Shown: positions 17,732 through 28,050 of the stretch, one piece after another
How the letters are laid out: every line of letters begins with the position of its first letter
Numbering within the stretch: position 1 is the stretch's first letter
Assembly (NCBI GenBank): GCA_016839805.1
Contig: JAEOTO010000009.1
Span: 8,369 to 72,368 of the forward strand
Origin: Candidatus Hermodarchaeota archaeon
GTDB taxonomy: Archaea > Asgardarchaeota > Hermodarchaeia > Hermodarchaeales > Hermodarchaeaceae
Direction: 5' to 3'
Length of the DNA stretch: 64,000 nucleotides
The notes under the pieces: model-generated
The model's input: only the letters and a program-made list of their open reading frames with translations
The model's database searches: none
What the model was told of the DNA's origin: nothing
Position numbers and translations under genes: made by a program

Positions 17732-19723
17732 CTAGATCTTTTTCAAATGAACCCGAGTTGAATTAAACACGGAACCATTTCCAATGGGCTGAGGTGTATC
17801 CGGAGTTAGGATATTTTGTGGTTTGCCTTTCTTTCCAATAAATTGCCGTGGTGACCATAATATCCCCGGAGGCACCGTTTCAGTTATGTGGGTATGCACT
17901 TGAATTGCGCCTTGCTCATTGTAGAGTTGGATTTCATCACCATCTTTTATCTTCAAAGTTTTTGCATCAATGGGGTGAATGTGCACGATTGCAGGAATAT
18001 CGCCGTAGATTTCCTGAAATTGTGTGTGAGTATAATTTCGGAGTGCACTGTTCAATAGTTGAAATTGGCCTGACTCCTTCTGAAGAATAGCCTGTTTGGG
18101 AATTGGGGAGATTCCATGCCTTAATGCTATGGAGGATGCAAACTCAATTTTTCCTGAAGGTGTTGAATATTCATCCAAGGAAATGGAATTTAGTTTTAAC
18201 CGGTTTCCATTGAGAAGATCATTCAAGTTCGGGGTCGATAAAGCGTTATTCATTGCCACCTTTATTGCTTGCCAAGGTGGCTGGTAGAGCCATTCGTCTT
18301 TTAGGTCTAATCGCTGCGCTAATTGTTGCATGACCCAGATTTCACTTCGGCTTGCATCATCTGGTTGAATAACTCGATTTGATTTCTGGACATAATGATG
18401 GCTCCACGGGATAACTAAGTCCTCTTTTTCAAGATAGGTGAGTGCAGGTAACACAATATCCGCGTAACGTGTAGTTTCGGTCCAGTGTGTCTCATGGACA
18501 ACGACAAACACATTATCCCGTAATAGTCCTTTTCGGAAGGCGGCTTGATTGGGCAATGTCAGCGCGGGATTCATATTATAGATATAAAGAAACTTGAATT
18601 CTCCATTCGCTAGATGCCTTCCTAACTGAACTTGGCTAACAACTTTGCTGGACTTTGAAGTAAGACTTTCTCCAGTCAAATATTCATAATCTATTGGATA
18701 GGCTTGTCCATTACTATAGAAGAATCCTCGATGCAGACCAATTACTGCGGGGAGGAGACTAATAGCTCGTACGGCTTCAGCTCCGTTCGAACTTTTTTGC
18801 ATTCCCAGTCCAATTAAAATGATACTTGAACGTTCTGTGCCATAGAGCCTTGCAAATTGCTCGATTTTTGCCGGTTTAAGTCCAGTCAGTTCTTTTAAGC
18901 GGTCAGGAGTCCATTTTTTACTTTCTGCACGAAATTGCTCAAAACCGACTGTCCATTCTTCTAGAAATACTGAATCCGTTAATCCTTCTTCAATGAGATA
19001 GTTCGCAAGCGCATAAGCTATTGCCACATCAGTTCCAGGTTGCGCCTGAATGTGAATGTCGGCTTTCTTTGCCGTTTCACTCACCCGGGGATCAATGACT
19101 ATTATTTTGGCTTGGTTCTGATCTTGGGCTTTGAGGGCAAGCCTCCACAAATGGGGTGAACTCACAGCCGCATTGAAACCCCAGAATATGATGAGTTTTT
19201 GGTTGATGAGGTCTTCGGGCTGGATACCGTGGCTGGAACCATAATGCAAGGCAAGCGCCTCATGACCGGACTTACTACAAATGCTATTATCGGTCTTGGA
19301 TGCTCCCAAGTTATTCCAAATGCGATGAGGAAAGTATTCGGTTAAGAGACCCATATTTCCAGCATATTCAAGGTGTAAGATCGCTTCTGCCCCTGCAATG
19401 AGTAACGTATCCTTCAACTTATCTGAGACAAGTTGAAGAGCCTTATCCCACGTGCACTTTTTTCCGAACTTATCCGGCTGTTGTTTATCTCGAATGTATG
19501 GAAATCGAACACGCTGAGAAGAAAAGGTACGATCTAAGTCTTTTGCCCCTCGTGGACAAGTAAAACCTTGAGTGATCGGGTGAGATGAATCACCCTTGAG
19601 TCTAAGGCGTTGATTGCCATCTGTAAATTCGGCTATCAGGTGACAGCTATCATAGCAATCCCGAGGACACACGGTGTTAATCTGTTTTTTAGACATTAGA
19701 CCGCTTCCATAATTTAAATTCAC
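17732..19723 (-). CDS. Molybdopterin (bis-MGD) oxidoreductase, cytoplasmic; DMSO reductase/formate dehydrogenase superfamily
   Basis: 663 aa. N-terminal Fe-S cysteine group CPRDCYDSCHL...FTCPRG. No Tat signal and no in-frame TGA. The true start may be ATG 19696 (MSKKQ). Confidence 0.8.
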   Translation of the reverse strand: MNLNYGSGLMSKKQINTVCPRDCYDSCHLIAEFTDGNQRLRLKGDSSHPITQGFTCPRGAKDLDRTFSSQRVRFPYIRDKQQPDKFGKKCTWDKALQLVSDKLKDTLLIAGAEAILHLEYAGNMGLLTEYFPHRIWNNLGASKTDNSICSKSGHEALALHYGSSHGIQPEDLINQKLIIFWGFNAAVSSPHLWRLALKAQDQNQAKIIVIDPRVSETAKKADIHIQAQPGTDVAIAYALANYLIEEGLTDSVFLEEWTVGFEQFRAESKKWTPDRLKELTGLKPAKIEQFARLYGTERSSIILIGLGMQKSSNGAEAVRAISLLPAVIGLHRGFFYSNGQAYPIDYEYLTGESLTSKSSKVVSQVQLGRHLANGEFKFLYIYNMNPALTLPNQAAFRKGLLRDNVFVVVHETHWTETTRYADIVLPALTYLEKEDLVIPWSHHYVQKSNRVIQPDDASRSEIWVMQQLAQRLDLKDEWLYQPPWQAIKVAMNNALSTPNLNDLLNGNRLKLNSISLDEYSTPSGKIEFASSIALRHGISPIPKQAILQKESGQFQLLNSALRNYTHTQFQEIYGDIPAIVHIHPIDAKTLKIKDGDEIQLYNEQGAIQVHTHITETVPPGILWSPRQFIGKKGKPQNILTPDTPQPIGNGSVFNSTRVHLKKI

Positions 19724-19822
19724 AGCTCTAAGTTTCGAGCGCTCGCTGCGTATTTAGTCGTAGTGCATTAATAATAGGAAGGTTCTTATCTCCTCCGACT
19801 TGAGAAGTCTACCGATTATTGA

Positions 19823-20353
19823 GTGGAAACGATGAACATGACAGATGCTTCAAAGTCTAAAGGCGAAAATAAGCATTGGAAGCAGACTATCTATGACTGG
19901 TTGGCTGAAGAGGGAATGTTCCGCAAGGACGTCGATGACCCCAAGGCAGCATTCCATTTTGGGATAAATTTCCCCGTGAATTCTCCATATCACATTGAGG
20001 TAGTGAAACCTCGTGATATGAAAGATGGTATTCTAATTGTCTCGGTGCTCCGTGTTGCTCCCTCACATCGTACGGCCCTGGCAAAACTGCCCGTAGAGAA
20101 ACGAAAATCCTTGGTACACGACTTAAAAATCCAACTGCTAACACGGCGACCAGGCTTCTCATTAAAGGGGAATGAAGGCGTGTGGGATGCTGTGCAATTC
20201 CAGGTCCGACTTCTCAACGACAATTTATCTAAAACAACGCTCCTTGAAGCCATCGATGATGTATTCCGAAGTATGCTCATAGTCATCTGGACCTTCGGAC
20301 ACAACTTTGGTGTTCCAACAGACCAGCAACAACAACCAGGATTCTACGCCTAA
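19823..20353 (+). CDS. Hypothetical protein (possibly DUF2299/YbjN-like)
   Basis: 176-aa ORF with a GTG start. The family assignment is only a weak recollection. Confidence 0.45.
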   Translation: METMNMTDASKSKGENKHWKQTIYDWLAEEGMFRKDVDDPKAAFHFGINFPVNSPYHIEVVKPRDMKDGILIVSVLRVAPSHRTALAKLPVEKRKSLVHDLKIQLLTRRPGFSLKGNEGVWDAVQFQVRLLNDNLSKTTLLEAIDDVFRSMLIVIWTFGHNFGVPTDQQQQPGFYA

Positions 20354-20434
20354 ACTCTGGTAATCTCACTTCTTTTGATTTACCTGAAAACTTTAAGAAG
20401 ATAGACTCTGAACATAGAGCCAAGGTGGCATCTT

Positions 20435-20761
20435 ATGAAAACCTGTGATGCATGTGGATATGAAAACGATAGCGATGCCGATTTCTGTGCCCGCTGTGGG
20501 GCTCATCTCGCCGCTGTGAAAGCCAAACCCGCTGAAGTAGAGAAAGAAGACGAAGACTGCTATGGAAAAGAAGAAGACGAATGTTTTGGGCTTCCACACG
20601 GAGGAGCAATATGTGGAATGCTCTTCGGATTGATTATCATCGTTTGGGCTCTTGGTATTATCTTTGGGTGGAATATTTGGGATTACTTCTGGCCACTCAT
20701 CCTCATTGTCATTGGTGGACTTATTGTTGTTGGTGCAATCTACACTATGCGTCGTCGTTGA
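20435..20761 (+). CDS. Zinc-ribbon / ECFG-motif / 2-TM membrane protein (paralogue P1)
   Basis: 108 aa. CDACGYENDSDADFCARCGAHL, acidic linker, ECFGLPHGGAICG, two TM helices, C-terminal RRR. Paralogous to 23284..23631. Confidence 0.7.
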   Translation: MKTCDACGYENDSDADFCARCGAHLAAVKAKPAEVEKEDEDCYGKEEDECFGLPHGGAICGMLFGLIIIVWALGIIFGWNIWDYFWPLILIVIGGLIVVGAIYTMRRR

Positions 20762-20775
20762 TAAGATCAAGAAAA

Positions 20776-21519
20776 TTAACTCTCTGATAGTGGACATCCG
20801 AGGATTCCGCATTGGGTACATATTCGTCGATGAGCCCGTCGAGACATGACTATTCGAGTAAAAATCCAATAACAAATCAGTGATAATAGGTAAACCGCAA
20901 GAAGGATATTATTCGTGAGTTGAATAACGTTTGATAAGATTAGAAAGGATCCTACGACGAATAATACATTAATGATTACTCGGACTCCTCCCTGATGTAC
21001 TCTTAGGAGTCGATAGAATGGGTGCTGCAATAGACCAATACCTACAAAGACAAATCCTAGCCAGAAAAAGGCTTCAGGGAAAATGAATTGAACACCGAAG
21101 AAGAAAAAGAGCGCCGTTCCAATAAGTGCAATTACTGCCCCTGTGACCAGGCCTGTACACCCAGCACAGTAAACCTTTTTTCTGAATGAAAAAACGTGGC
21201 TAGCATATGGATTACAGGTTGGATGGTGACCGCGTTTCTGAATAGGATGAAGTTCGTCTGTAGTTTGTGCGGGTTGGTTTCTGTGTTCTCCTTGAGAGGT
21301 CTTTTTTCGTGACGGTCGTCGGCAATGTGAAGGTGATACACCAGCAATAATACCAAGGATGCATATAGTGGTGAAGGCGATTCCGATTAGTTGATTCTGC
21401 CATAGGACTACTATCATGGGAGGAGGGTTAAGGAGTAAGAATGGCAGTAGACCAAGTCCAACCAATGACAAGAAAAGGGAGATAAGAGCAAGTTCAGAAC
21501 CTCGGGTTGATTGCGTCAA
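20776..21519 (-). CDS. DUF2085-like polytopic membrane protein
   Basis: 247 aa. HHPTCNPYASHVFSFRKKVYCAGCTGLVTG resembles the DUF2085 CH..RSF...CARCTG core. Its TTG start overlaps the upstream rSAM stop by 4 nt (TTGA). Confidence 0.6.
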   Translation of the reverse strand: MTQSTRGSELALISLFLSLVGLGLLPFLLLNPPPMIVVLWQNQLIGIAFTTICILGIIAGVSPSHCRRPSRKKTSQGEHRNQPAQTTDELHPIQKRGHHPTCNPYASHVFSFRKKVYCAGCTGLVTGAVIALIGTALFFFFGVQFIFPEAFFWLGFVFVGIGLLQHPFYRLLRVHQGGVRVIINVLFVVGSFLILSNVIQLTNNILLAVYLLSLICYWIFTRIVMSRRAHRRICTQCGILGCPLSES

Positions 21520-22976
21520 AATCGAAAAAGCCCCTTCAAAGTAGCTAGAAATCCCTTCCGCATCATATGCCGGTAGTAAGTCCGTTTCACCTTATTCTTG
21601 GCAAGTACCCCAGATATCCGGCGTCGCCATCCATAATACGCCCGGTAAGTAGCATAAAGCTCAGTTTGCACCTCTTCACGTGTGAGGTGTTCCGTTGGCA
21701 TAATCGCATGAACCATATCGAATCTCTCCCATCGGGGATCCTCAATCCAGCCACTCGCTAAGGCTTCTTCATACTTCGGCGTACCGGGGTATGGTGTCAT
21801 CGTCATAAACACTGCAACATCAGGGTCAAGGTCATTAATCCATTTACGAAACGCTTCAATGGTTTCATGAGAATCTTGGCGGTGTCCGATAATCGCCGTT
21901 GTTTGGGCAAGAATCTCATTTTCCTTTAACAATTCAATGGCTTCCTTGCCCATCCCAACCTCAATGCCCTTCTGATATTTCTTAAGCATTTTCGGGTCAT
22001 GACTCTCTAATCCCGTCATTATCCACTGCATTCCAGTCTCTCGCAACTTTGGAAGTAAGGTTTTGCCAGCAATGATTTCATCTACCCGTGTCTGGAAAAA
22101 CCACATTAGATCCTCGGTAATCCCCCGCTCAAGTAACTCATCACACAAAGTTTCCATCCAGTTGTCCAATTGAATATAATCATCTGTAAGCCACAGAAAC
22201 CTACTGCCAAACTCCTGGTATATATATTCAAACTCGTCAGCAACGCGTTGTGGTGATTTTCTGCGGCACTTTCCCCAATACCGCCATTGAGTACAAAAGG
22301 AGCATGAATGGTTACATCCTCGTCCACCTTCTACCAAAGCATAGGGTAAATCCTTCCCTGCAGGGAACCGATAGTTCAACATATGCTCCCGCACAAAGTG
22401 ATAACCTGGAAAAGGAAGCGTGTTTAAGTCTTTAATTAAAGGACGGTTTGGCGTATATACAATCTTTCCATTATGGCGAAATGAAAGTCCCTTCACCCGT
22501 GTCAGCGAGCGCTTCGATTCCAAGGCTTGGATTAACTCCAAAAGCGTTTGTTCCCCTTCACCCCGGACAATAAAATCCAGTTGCGGAACCCCCGCCAAAA
22601 CCTCCTGAGCCAGCACCGAAAAATGCTGACTTCCCACAACCGTGAAAATTCGCTTATCAATCTCTTTAGCCAATACCACTGTCCGAAGCGTTATCTCAGC
22701 ATTACAAGACGAAACCGTGCTTGGAGCCACAAGATCCGGTTGAAACGCCATAATTTGCTTCTCGACATCATCCCACTCCGCTTCCTCTGCCTGACAATCC
22801 ATCACCTGAATTTCTATTTCAGGATCATGAGCTTCCAGATAGCTTGCCAAACACAACAACCCTAACGGTGGCGGAATATATTCACCCATCACAAACCAGG
22901 GCTGTTTCGGAGGCTCAACGAAGAGAATTTTCACGAATTCACATTCCAACCAAATCGTGAATGCGCTTTCCCCCAC
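21516..22976 (-). CDS. B12-binding-domain radical SAM protein (class B rSAM)
   Basis: 486 aa. N-terminal B12-binding-like Rossmann region (ILFVEPP..PDLVAPS..VVGSQH..DFIVRGEGE), then GGRGCNHSCSFCTQW (CxxxCxxC). Confidence 0.85.
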   Translation of the reverse strand: MGESAFTIWLECEFVKILFVEPPKQPWFVMGEYIPPPLGLLCLASYLEAHDPEIEIQVMDCQAEEAEWDDVEKQIMAFQPDLVAPSTVSSCNAEITLRTVVLAKEIDKRIFTVVGSQHFSVLAQEVLAGVPQLDFIVRGEGEQTLLELIQALESKRSLTRVKGLSFRHNGKIVYTPNRPLIKDLNTLPFPGYHFVREHMLNYRFPAGKDLPYALVEGGRGCNHSCSFCTQWRYWGKCRRKSPQRVADEFEYIYQEFGSRFLWLTDDYIQLDNWMETLCDELLERGITEDLMWFFQTRVDEIIAGKTLLPKLRETGMQWIMTGLESHDPKMLKKYQKGIEVGMGKEAIELLKENEILAQTTAIIGHRQDSHETIEAFRKWINDLDPDVAVFMTMTPYPGTPKYEEALASGWIEDPRWERFDMVHAIMPTEHLTREEVQTELYATYRAYYGWRRRISGVLAKNKVKRTYYRHMMRKGFLATLKGLFRF

Positions 22977-23283
22977 CTTGAGATTTAACCCTTTGGTCTC
23001 TTCAGTACAAAAACACTGGAGAAGAAGAGGGGAACGGAGCTATGGCAATTCAGGCACCTCCAAAAAGGACACAATTGGAGGGGAGAGGGAATGGTTTCTA
23101 GGGGAGTGGAAGTGCCTAAATATTTGCCACTCCGGTCCGGTTAGTATTCCGGTTCCCCAGGTATTGCCAGGTGGAATGGCTTATTAAAACTTCTCATTAA
23201 CAACTTTTAGTTATTGGAATTTTTTGGGTTTCCCCAAAATCTTAAGAAGAGAAAGGTTGCTACTGCTGGGTGAGGTGTTCCTC

Positions 23284-23631
23284 ATGGTTTATTGCCATAA
23301 ATGCGGTGCAGAAAACGCAGAGGATGCTGACTTCTGCAAGAAATGTGGTGCTCCGCTCGCTCCCAAAGAAGATATTGGTAAGAGAATGGGTGTTTGGGGG
23401 CGACGTTTCGGTGAACGTGCTGAAGAAGAGTGCTTTGGCGTCACTGGTGGAGGAGCCATCTTTGGCATCATTATTGGCATCATCATAATTGGACTTGGGT
23501 TTTCTTTGGTCTATGGCTTACCGTTGTGGCTTTTGATTGGTCCCATTGTGGGAATTATCATTGGAGTACTCATTATTGTCTGTGCGTTGAATTCGATTCG
23601 TAGAAAGCGTTCCTTGAGGAAACAAGAGTGA
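23284..23631 (+). CDS. Zinc-ribbon / ECFG-motif / 2-TM membrane protein (paralogue P2)
   Basis: Start at ATG 23284 (MVYCHKCGAENAEDADFCKKCGAPL). Then EEECFGVTGGGAIFG, two TM helices and a basic tail RRKRSLRK. Confidence 0.7.
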   Translation: MVYCHKCGAENAEDADFCKKCGAPLAPKEDIGKRMGVWGRRFGERAEEECFGVTGGGAIFGIIIGIIIIGLGFSLVYGLPLWLLIGPIVGIIIGVLIIVCALNSIRRKRSLRKQE

Positions 23632-23634
23632 AAA

Positions 23635-24117
23635 ATGGAGGTTGTTGTTGTGGGTAAAAAAATGCCTGAAGGACCGGATATCCTGGGCGGAGTCACTGCG
23701 GGTCTCATCATTATCTTGATAGCGATACTCTTCGTTTTGACACCTTTCTTACTCGGTCATTTGTTCAACTTTATCACAAATTTTGCCTGGCAAGAAGTGT
23801 ATCCTGGGTTTATTTGGTGGGCTCCACAGAATCCCCATCCTGTGGTCTACAATACACTGTTTCTCTTCTTCCTCGGAACCCTGGTAATTAATGTCATAGT
23901 TCTAATATTACGGGTTATCTTCAGGGACTCTTATCGACGGCAAATTGAATCCATTGGCGGAATTATCGTCAGTATCGGTATTTCCTGGGCAGCATACAAC
24001 CTAACCCTGAATAACAATTTCACAGCCTTTGCAGGTTGGACTATCGTCTTCATTGGAGTAAGCATCATTATCTCGAGTCTAGGCTATTTCGCTGTCCGAT
24101 CAAAAATAGCAGAGTAA
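23635..24117 (+). CDS. Membrane protein, hypothetical
   Basis: 160 aa with four hydrophobic helices. It starts 3 nt after the P2 stop. Confidence 0.55.
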   Translation: MEVVVVGKKMPEGPDILGGVTAGLIIILIAILFVLTPFLLGHLFNFITNFAWQEVYPGFIWWAPQNPHPVVYNTLFLFFLGTLVINVIVLILRVIFRDSYRRQIESIGGIIVSIGISWAAYNLTLNNNFTAFAGWTIVFIGVSIIISSLGYFAVRSKIAE

Positions 24118-24192
24118 CTGCTTCATGCAATGTGAACATCCTTCGGATAAGAACCAGAGAAAATAGGCTTTCTAAGTAACACAGTGCAAAGG

Positions 24193-26103
24193 CTACTCTC
24201 GCTTCATCGGTCTTTTCATGGGAGAGTCTGCTGGATTCTTTGCCTCGGGAGAAGTTTTCGCCAATTCTTCTTGAGCACTTCTCAGGGCTTCTTCTGAGAT
24301 TTCTTCCGCTGTTTGGTGTGCATAGTAGGTATCATAAACAGCTTTGTACCGCCCACCTAGAGCTAATAGTTCCTCATGTGTCCCTTCTTCGACTATCTTG
24401 CCAAGGTCAAATACTAATACACGAGATGCGTTGGCGATTGTAGTTAGTCGGTGAGCGATCACGACCGTAGTTCGGTCCGAGAACAGTTTTTCTTGAGCTG
24501 CTTGAACCAGGGATTCTGAATAAGCATCCAACCGACTCGTCGCTTCATCGAGAATGAGGATTTTGGGGTTTGCCAGCATTGTCCGTGCTATTGAAATCAT
24601 TTGAACTTGTCCAGCACTTAGATTGCTTCCTCCTTCGACTAACATGGTATCGTATCCTTGAGGCAGAACCTCGATGAAATCATTCGCTCCAATTAAAGTG
24701 CTGAGACTAAGGATTTCGTCATCAGTTGCATCTGGTTTTCCGTAACGGATGTTTTCGAGGACGGTATCATCAAAAAGGTACGGTTCTTGCGCAATCAAGG
24801 CAACCATCTCATGAAGGGACTCAAGTGATATATCCCGGATATCTTGGTTCCCAATTAGAATCCGACCACTTTGTGGATCGTAAAACCGGTTTATGAGGGC
24901 TGCTACTGTGGTCTTACCAGCTCCGGTTGCACCCACAATTGCCACTAACTCTCCAGGATTGACTTTGAAATTTACTTCCTTGAGAACTTCAGTTTTCTCG
25001 ATATATGCAAAAGAGACGTTTTCAAAGGTAATTCCATCACTTGTTGGTTGAAGGGGAACTGCAGTTTCATTATCGATGATTGAGGGTTCAGCTTCTAATA
25101 TGTCCATTAAACGATCCATCGAAGCCGTAGACGCTTGGAACTGCGTTGCCATCATGCTCAGAGAAAGTAAGGGCCAAAGGAATCGTTGAATTAGAATTGT
25201 TCCCAGAAACACTTCACCAATTGTAAGTAAAGGTGCGGTCCCTGCGGCCAGACTACCTGCTACAAATAGGACTGCGGCTACGGCAGCGATCCCGGTTGCT
25301 CGGACGAGGGGCTGCATTAGTGTCATCAACATCATGAATCGAAATCCATGGCGATACGATTCCTGGTTTAATTCGCTTAACGTTGCAGCTGTTTCATCTT
25401 CGCGATTAAACGCTTTAGCAACATGAATGCCACTTAAGTTTTCAGCAATCTGTCCGGAAACATAACCGGTAGCGCGTTGTGCGGCTAACATGGTTCGCTG
25501 ACCGACGGTTCCGAAAAGAATGACAATAAGGATTACCACGGGAATTACAACTAAAGCCGTTAATGCGACTAATGGAGAGGTTAACCACATTAGACTAAAG
25601 GTTGCCAGCAGTAAGAGCATTTGACTAGCAAAATCAATGACGATCTGAATCCCTGCCGCGAGATTATCTGTATCGGTGGTGACTCGGGATGTGATATCGC
25701 CGCTTTGTTCTGAGGTATGATAAGACAGGTCGGCACCAACAAGTTTCTTATAGACGTCCTGTTGGAGAGATCGTACAAAACCAGCTTGAGCCCCTGATAA
25801 AATCCAAGTATTCAGTGATTGCAGAGTCCAACTTACCAGGCGAAGAATAACGTATAAGATGCCGAGATAGAAAATACCAAGCAATGTACTTCCTGGAAGT
25901 AGTACTAAGTTGATTCCCGTTGACAATACCAGAGGGTCAACGGCGCGAAAAATCGTGGCGATTACTGCTAAAACCGCTGCAACAACGATTAATTTTCTAA
26001 ATCGACCCAGATACCTAAACATGCTCCCTAGAAGAACACGTAATGGGCGGCTCCGTTTATGTTTGTCGCGAATCAATCCAGTGGGTCCACGGCGAACTGC
26101 CAT
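24193..26103 (-). CDS. ABC exporter, fused permease/ATPase (type I exporter half-transporter)
   Basis: 636 aa. Six-TM domain, Walker A GATGAGKTT, signature LSAGQVQ, Walker B ILILDEATS. Its start overlaps the upstream stop (TAATG). Confidence 0.9.
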   Translation of the reverse strand: MAVRRGPTGLIRDKHKRSRPLRVLLGSMFRYLGRFRKLIVVAAVLAVIATIFRAVDPLVLSTGINLVLLPGSTLLGIFYLGILYVILRLVSWTLQSLNTWILSGAQAGFVRSLQQDVYKKLVGADLSYHTSEQSGDITSRVTTDTDNLAAGIQIVIDFASQMLLLLATFSLMWLTSPLVALTALVVIPVVILIVILFGTVGQRTMLAAQRATGYVSGQIAENLSGIHVAKAFNREDETAATLSELNQESYRHGFRFMMLMTLMQPLVRATGIAAVAAVLFVAGSLAAGTAPLLTIGEVFLGTILIQRFLWPLLSLSMMATQFQASTASMDRLMDILEAEPSIIDNETAVPLQPTSDGITFENVSFAYIEKTEVLKEVNFKVNPGELVAIVGATGAGKTTVAALINRFYDPQSGRILIGNQDIRDISLESLHEMVALIAQEPYLFDDTVLENIRYGKPDATDDEILSLSTLIGANDFIEVLPQGYDTMLVEGGSNLSAGQVQMISIARTMLANPKILILDEATSRLDAYSESLVQAAQEKLFSDRTTVVIAHRLTTIANASRVLVFDLGKIVEEGTHEELLALGGRYKAVYDTYYAHQTAEEISEEALRSAQEELAKTSPEAKNPADSPMKRPMKRE

Positions 26104-27884
26104 TAATTGACTCCCTCCTTCTTAGATAGATTCTTGACATAGGGTAGGGCTCCTGGTAGTCTTTCAAAGATTCGTTGATAATGTTCGGAGGTTTGAAGCA
26201 GCTCATCATGAGTACCCTTTGCCACGAGGTGTCCCTTATCAACAATTACGATGAGGTCTGATTCAAGCAGTGTTCTAAGCCGTTGAGTGACAGTAATGCT
26301 TGTTCGATTTTTCATGACCTCGTCTAAGGCTTTTCGAAGTGAATATTCGGTTTGAGCATCAATGGCACTGACTGAGTCATCTAATAACAGAATCTTGGGG
26401 TCCTGCACAAGGGTTCGGGCAATCGCTAGACGTTGACGCTGCCCACCACTCAGGGTCATTCCCCGTTCTCCGATAATGGTGTCGTATCCTTGGGGTAATC
26501 TCTCAATGAACTCATGGGCCTGTGCCTTTTTCGCTGCATCCACAATTTCTTCTTCACACGCATCAACACATCCAAAGCCTATGTTATCATTGATGCTCAT
26601 TCGAAAGAGAAAAATATCCTGCTCAACTAGCCCAACAACTGCCCTGACATCACGAGTACAGACATTGTGAAGATCCACACCACCAATCAAAACACGGCCT
26701 TCTGTCGGATCATATAACCGTAAAAGAAGTTTCAAAATAGTGCTTTTTCCGCCGCCAGGACCACCGATAAGAGCGACACGCGAACCACTGGGAATGGTGA
26801 GATTAATGTTTTTCAAAGCGTAGGAATTTTCTTGTCCATTCTCAGTGAGATATTGGAAACTAACATTATCAAAAACGATGTCCCCAGTCCAATCCACTGT
26901 AGTGATGGGCTTCTCTGGTTCTTGAAGTGGATCTTGCCAATTGAGCACGTTGATGATTCGTTGGGCATTCACGTGTCCTCCACGAATCACTAAAAGAAAG
27001 CGTGGGAGCATAAAGCTGAAGGTATCAACTGCGCCGAGAAGGCCCAGGATTTGAACGAGGACACCAACGGTAAATACACCAAGTAGAACCTGATACGCAC
27101 CATAGAAAAACGCAGCGGTGGTAATTCCAGTTAAGATGAGTGCTGGGATGTAAAAGGCTGCAAGGCGGCCTTCTCGAGTGGTAAGCTGTTCATACTCTGC
27201 TGCTACATCGTTGAATTTTTCTTGTTCACGTTCTTCTGTTCCAAAGGCTCGGACTACCTCAATGCCTCGAAAAACTTCTTGGCTTACTGCCGTGATCCTT
27301 TCGTTTTGTTCAGATCGTGCACGACGAACCGGCTCAACCTTCACGGCATAACGATAGGCAAAGTAGAGGTATAGCGGAGCCCCAATTAACATGATAACTC
27401 CAAGCCACACATCAATTAGGGATAACAAGAACGCTGAAATGATTAGGGTTCCAATTGCTGTGATGATGTTTCTCAGAGCAGGATTAAGGGAGAACCGGAC
27501 CCATCGGACATCCTGCATAGCGACGGCTAGCAATAGTTTGCTATCAATCTGATCGTGGAATGTCATACTATTTTCCTGGACGAGTTCAAAGAATTCTTGC
27601 CTAGCATCACGTTCCCAGCGCAATGTGATTACGGCAAACGTATAACCCACTAGAAGAATCGTGATGAAGAGTGCAGCTGCTATTAGCAGAATAAGAAAAA
27701 CCTGGTTAATGAATGCCTGGGTGAAGCCCTGTGTCTCCAGTATATCAATGGCAACACCTAACACTAAGGCTGGTAATGTCGTCAGGTACGCACCAAGCAG
27801 GGCTAATCCTGTTGCAATAATGGTTACACCAGGATATCGCCGTAATGCGGCTAATTGATAACGTGATGCACTCTTGTACTTCAC
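26103..27884 (-). CDS. ABC exporter, fused permease/ATPase (partner half-transporter)
   Basis: 593 aa. Walker A GGPGGGKST, signature LSGGQRQRLAIAR, Walker B ILLLDDSVS. Confidence 0.9.
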   Translation of the reverse strand: MKYKSASRYQLAALRRYPGVTIIATGLALLGAYLTTLPALVLGVAIDILETQGFTQAFINQVFLILLIAAALFITILLVGYTFAVITLRWERDARQEFFELVQENSMTFHDQIDSKLLLAVAMQDVRWVRFSLNPALRNIITAIGTLIISAFLLSLIDVWLGVIMLIGAPLYLYFAYRYAVKVEPVRRARSEQNERITAVSQEVFRGIEVVRAFGTEEREQEKFNDVAAEYEQLTTREGRLAAFYIPALILTGITTAAFFYGAYQVLLGVFTVGVLVQILGLLGAVDTFSFMLPRFLLVIRGGHVNAQRIINVLNWQDPLQEPEKPITTVDWTGDIVFDNVSFQYLTENGQENSYALKNINLTIPSGSRVALIGGPGGGKSTILKLLLRLYDPTEGRVLIGGVDLHNVCTRDVRAVVGLVEQDIFLFRMSINDNIGFGCVDACEEEIVDAAKKAQAHEFIERLPQGYDTIIGERGMTLSGGQRQRLAIARTLVQDPKILLLDDSVSAIDAQTEYSLRKALDEVMKNRTSITVTQRLRTLLESDLIVIVDKGHLVAKGTHDELLQTSEHYQRIFERLPGALPYVKNLSKKEGVN

Positions 27885-28050
27885 TTCAAACCCATAGAAT
27901 TGATGATTTTGTTAGCGTCCAGCACTCTGAACTTGCTTTTAGAACCATCGGTCTTTCCGGAATGAAAAGGAAGTTATGTGATGGTGTTGAATTTCACACC
28001 AATTCATATTTGAATTTAGGATACGAAAGAGATACCCAGAGTGGTATGGA

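Noticed and set aside
20393-20875. A 160-aa minus-strand ORF antisense to the zinc-ribbon gene P1
   Set aside because: Its translation is low-complexity (N/S/T-rich). The + strand product has a clear paralogue (P2) with conserved motifs, so the + strand is the coding one.
22977-23283. A 300-bp purine-rich divergent spacer with possible long-range pairings (GGCACCTCC…GGAAGTGCC; GCCACTCC…GGAATGGC), considered as a cobalamin riboswitch or structured leader for the B12-rSAM gene
   Set aside because: I found no recognisable riboswitch core motifs. The pairings contain mismatches and could arise by chance in purine-rich sequence, and riboswitches are rare in archaea. It is only worth a cmsearch.
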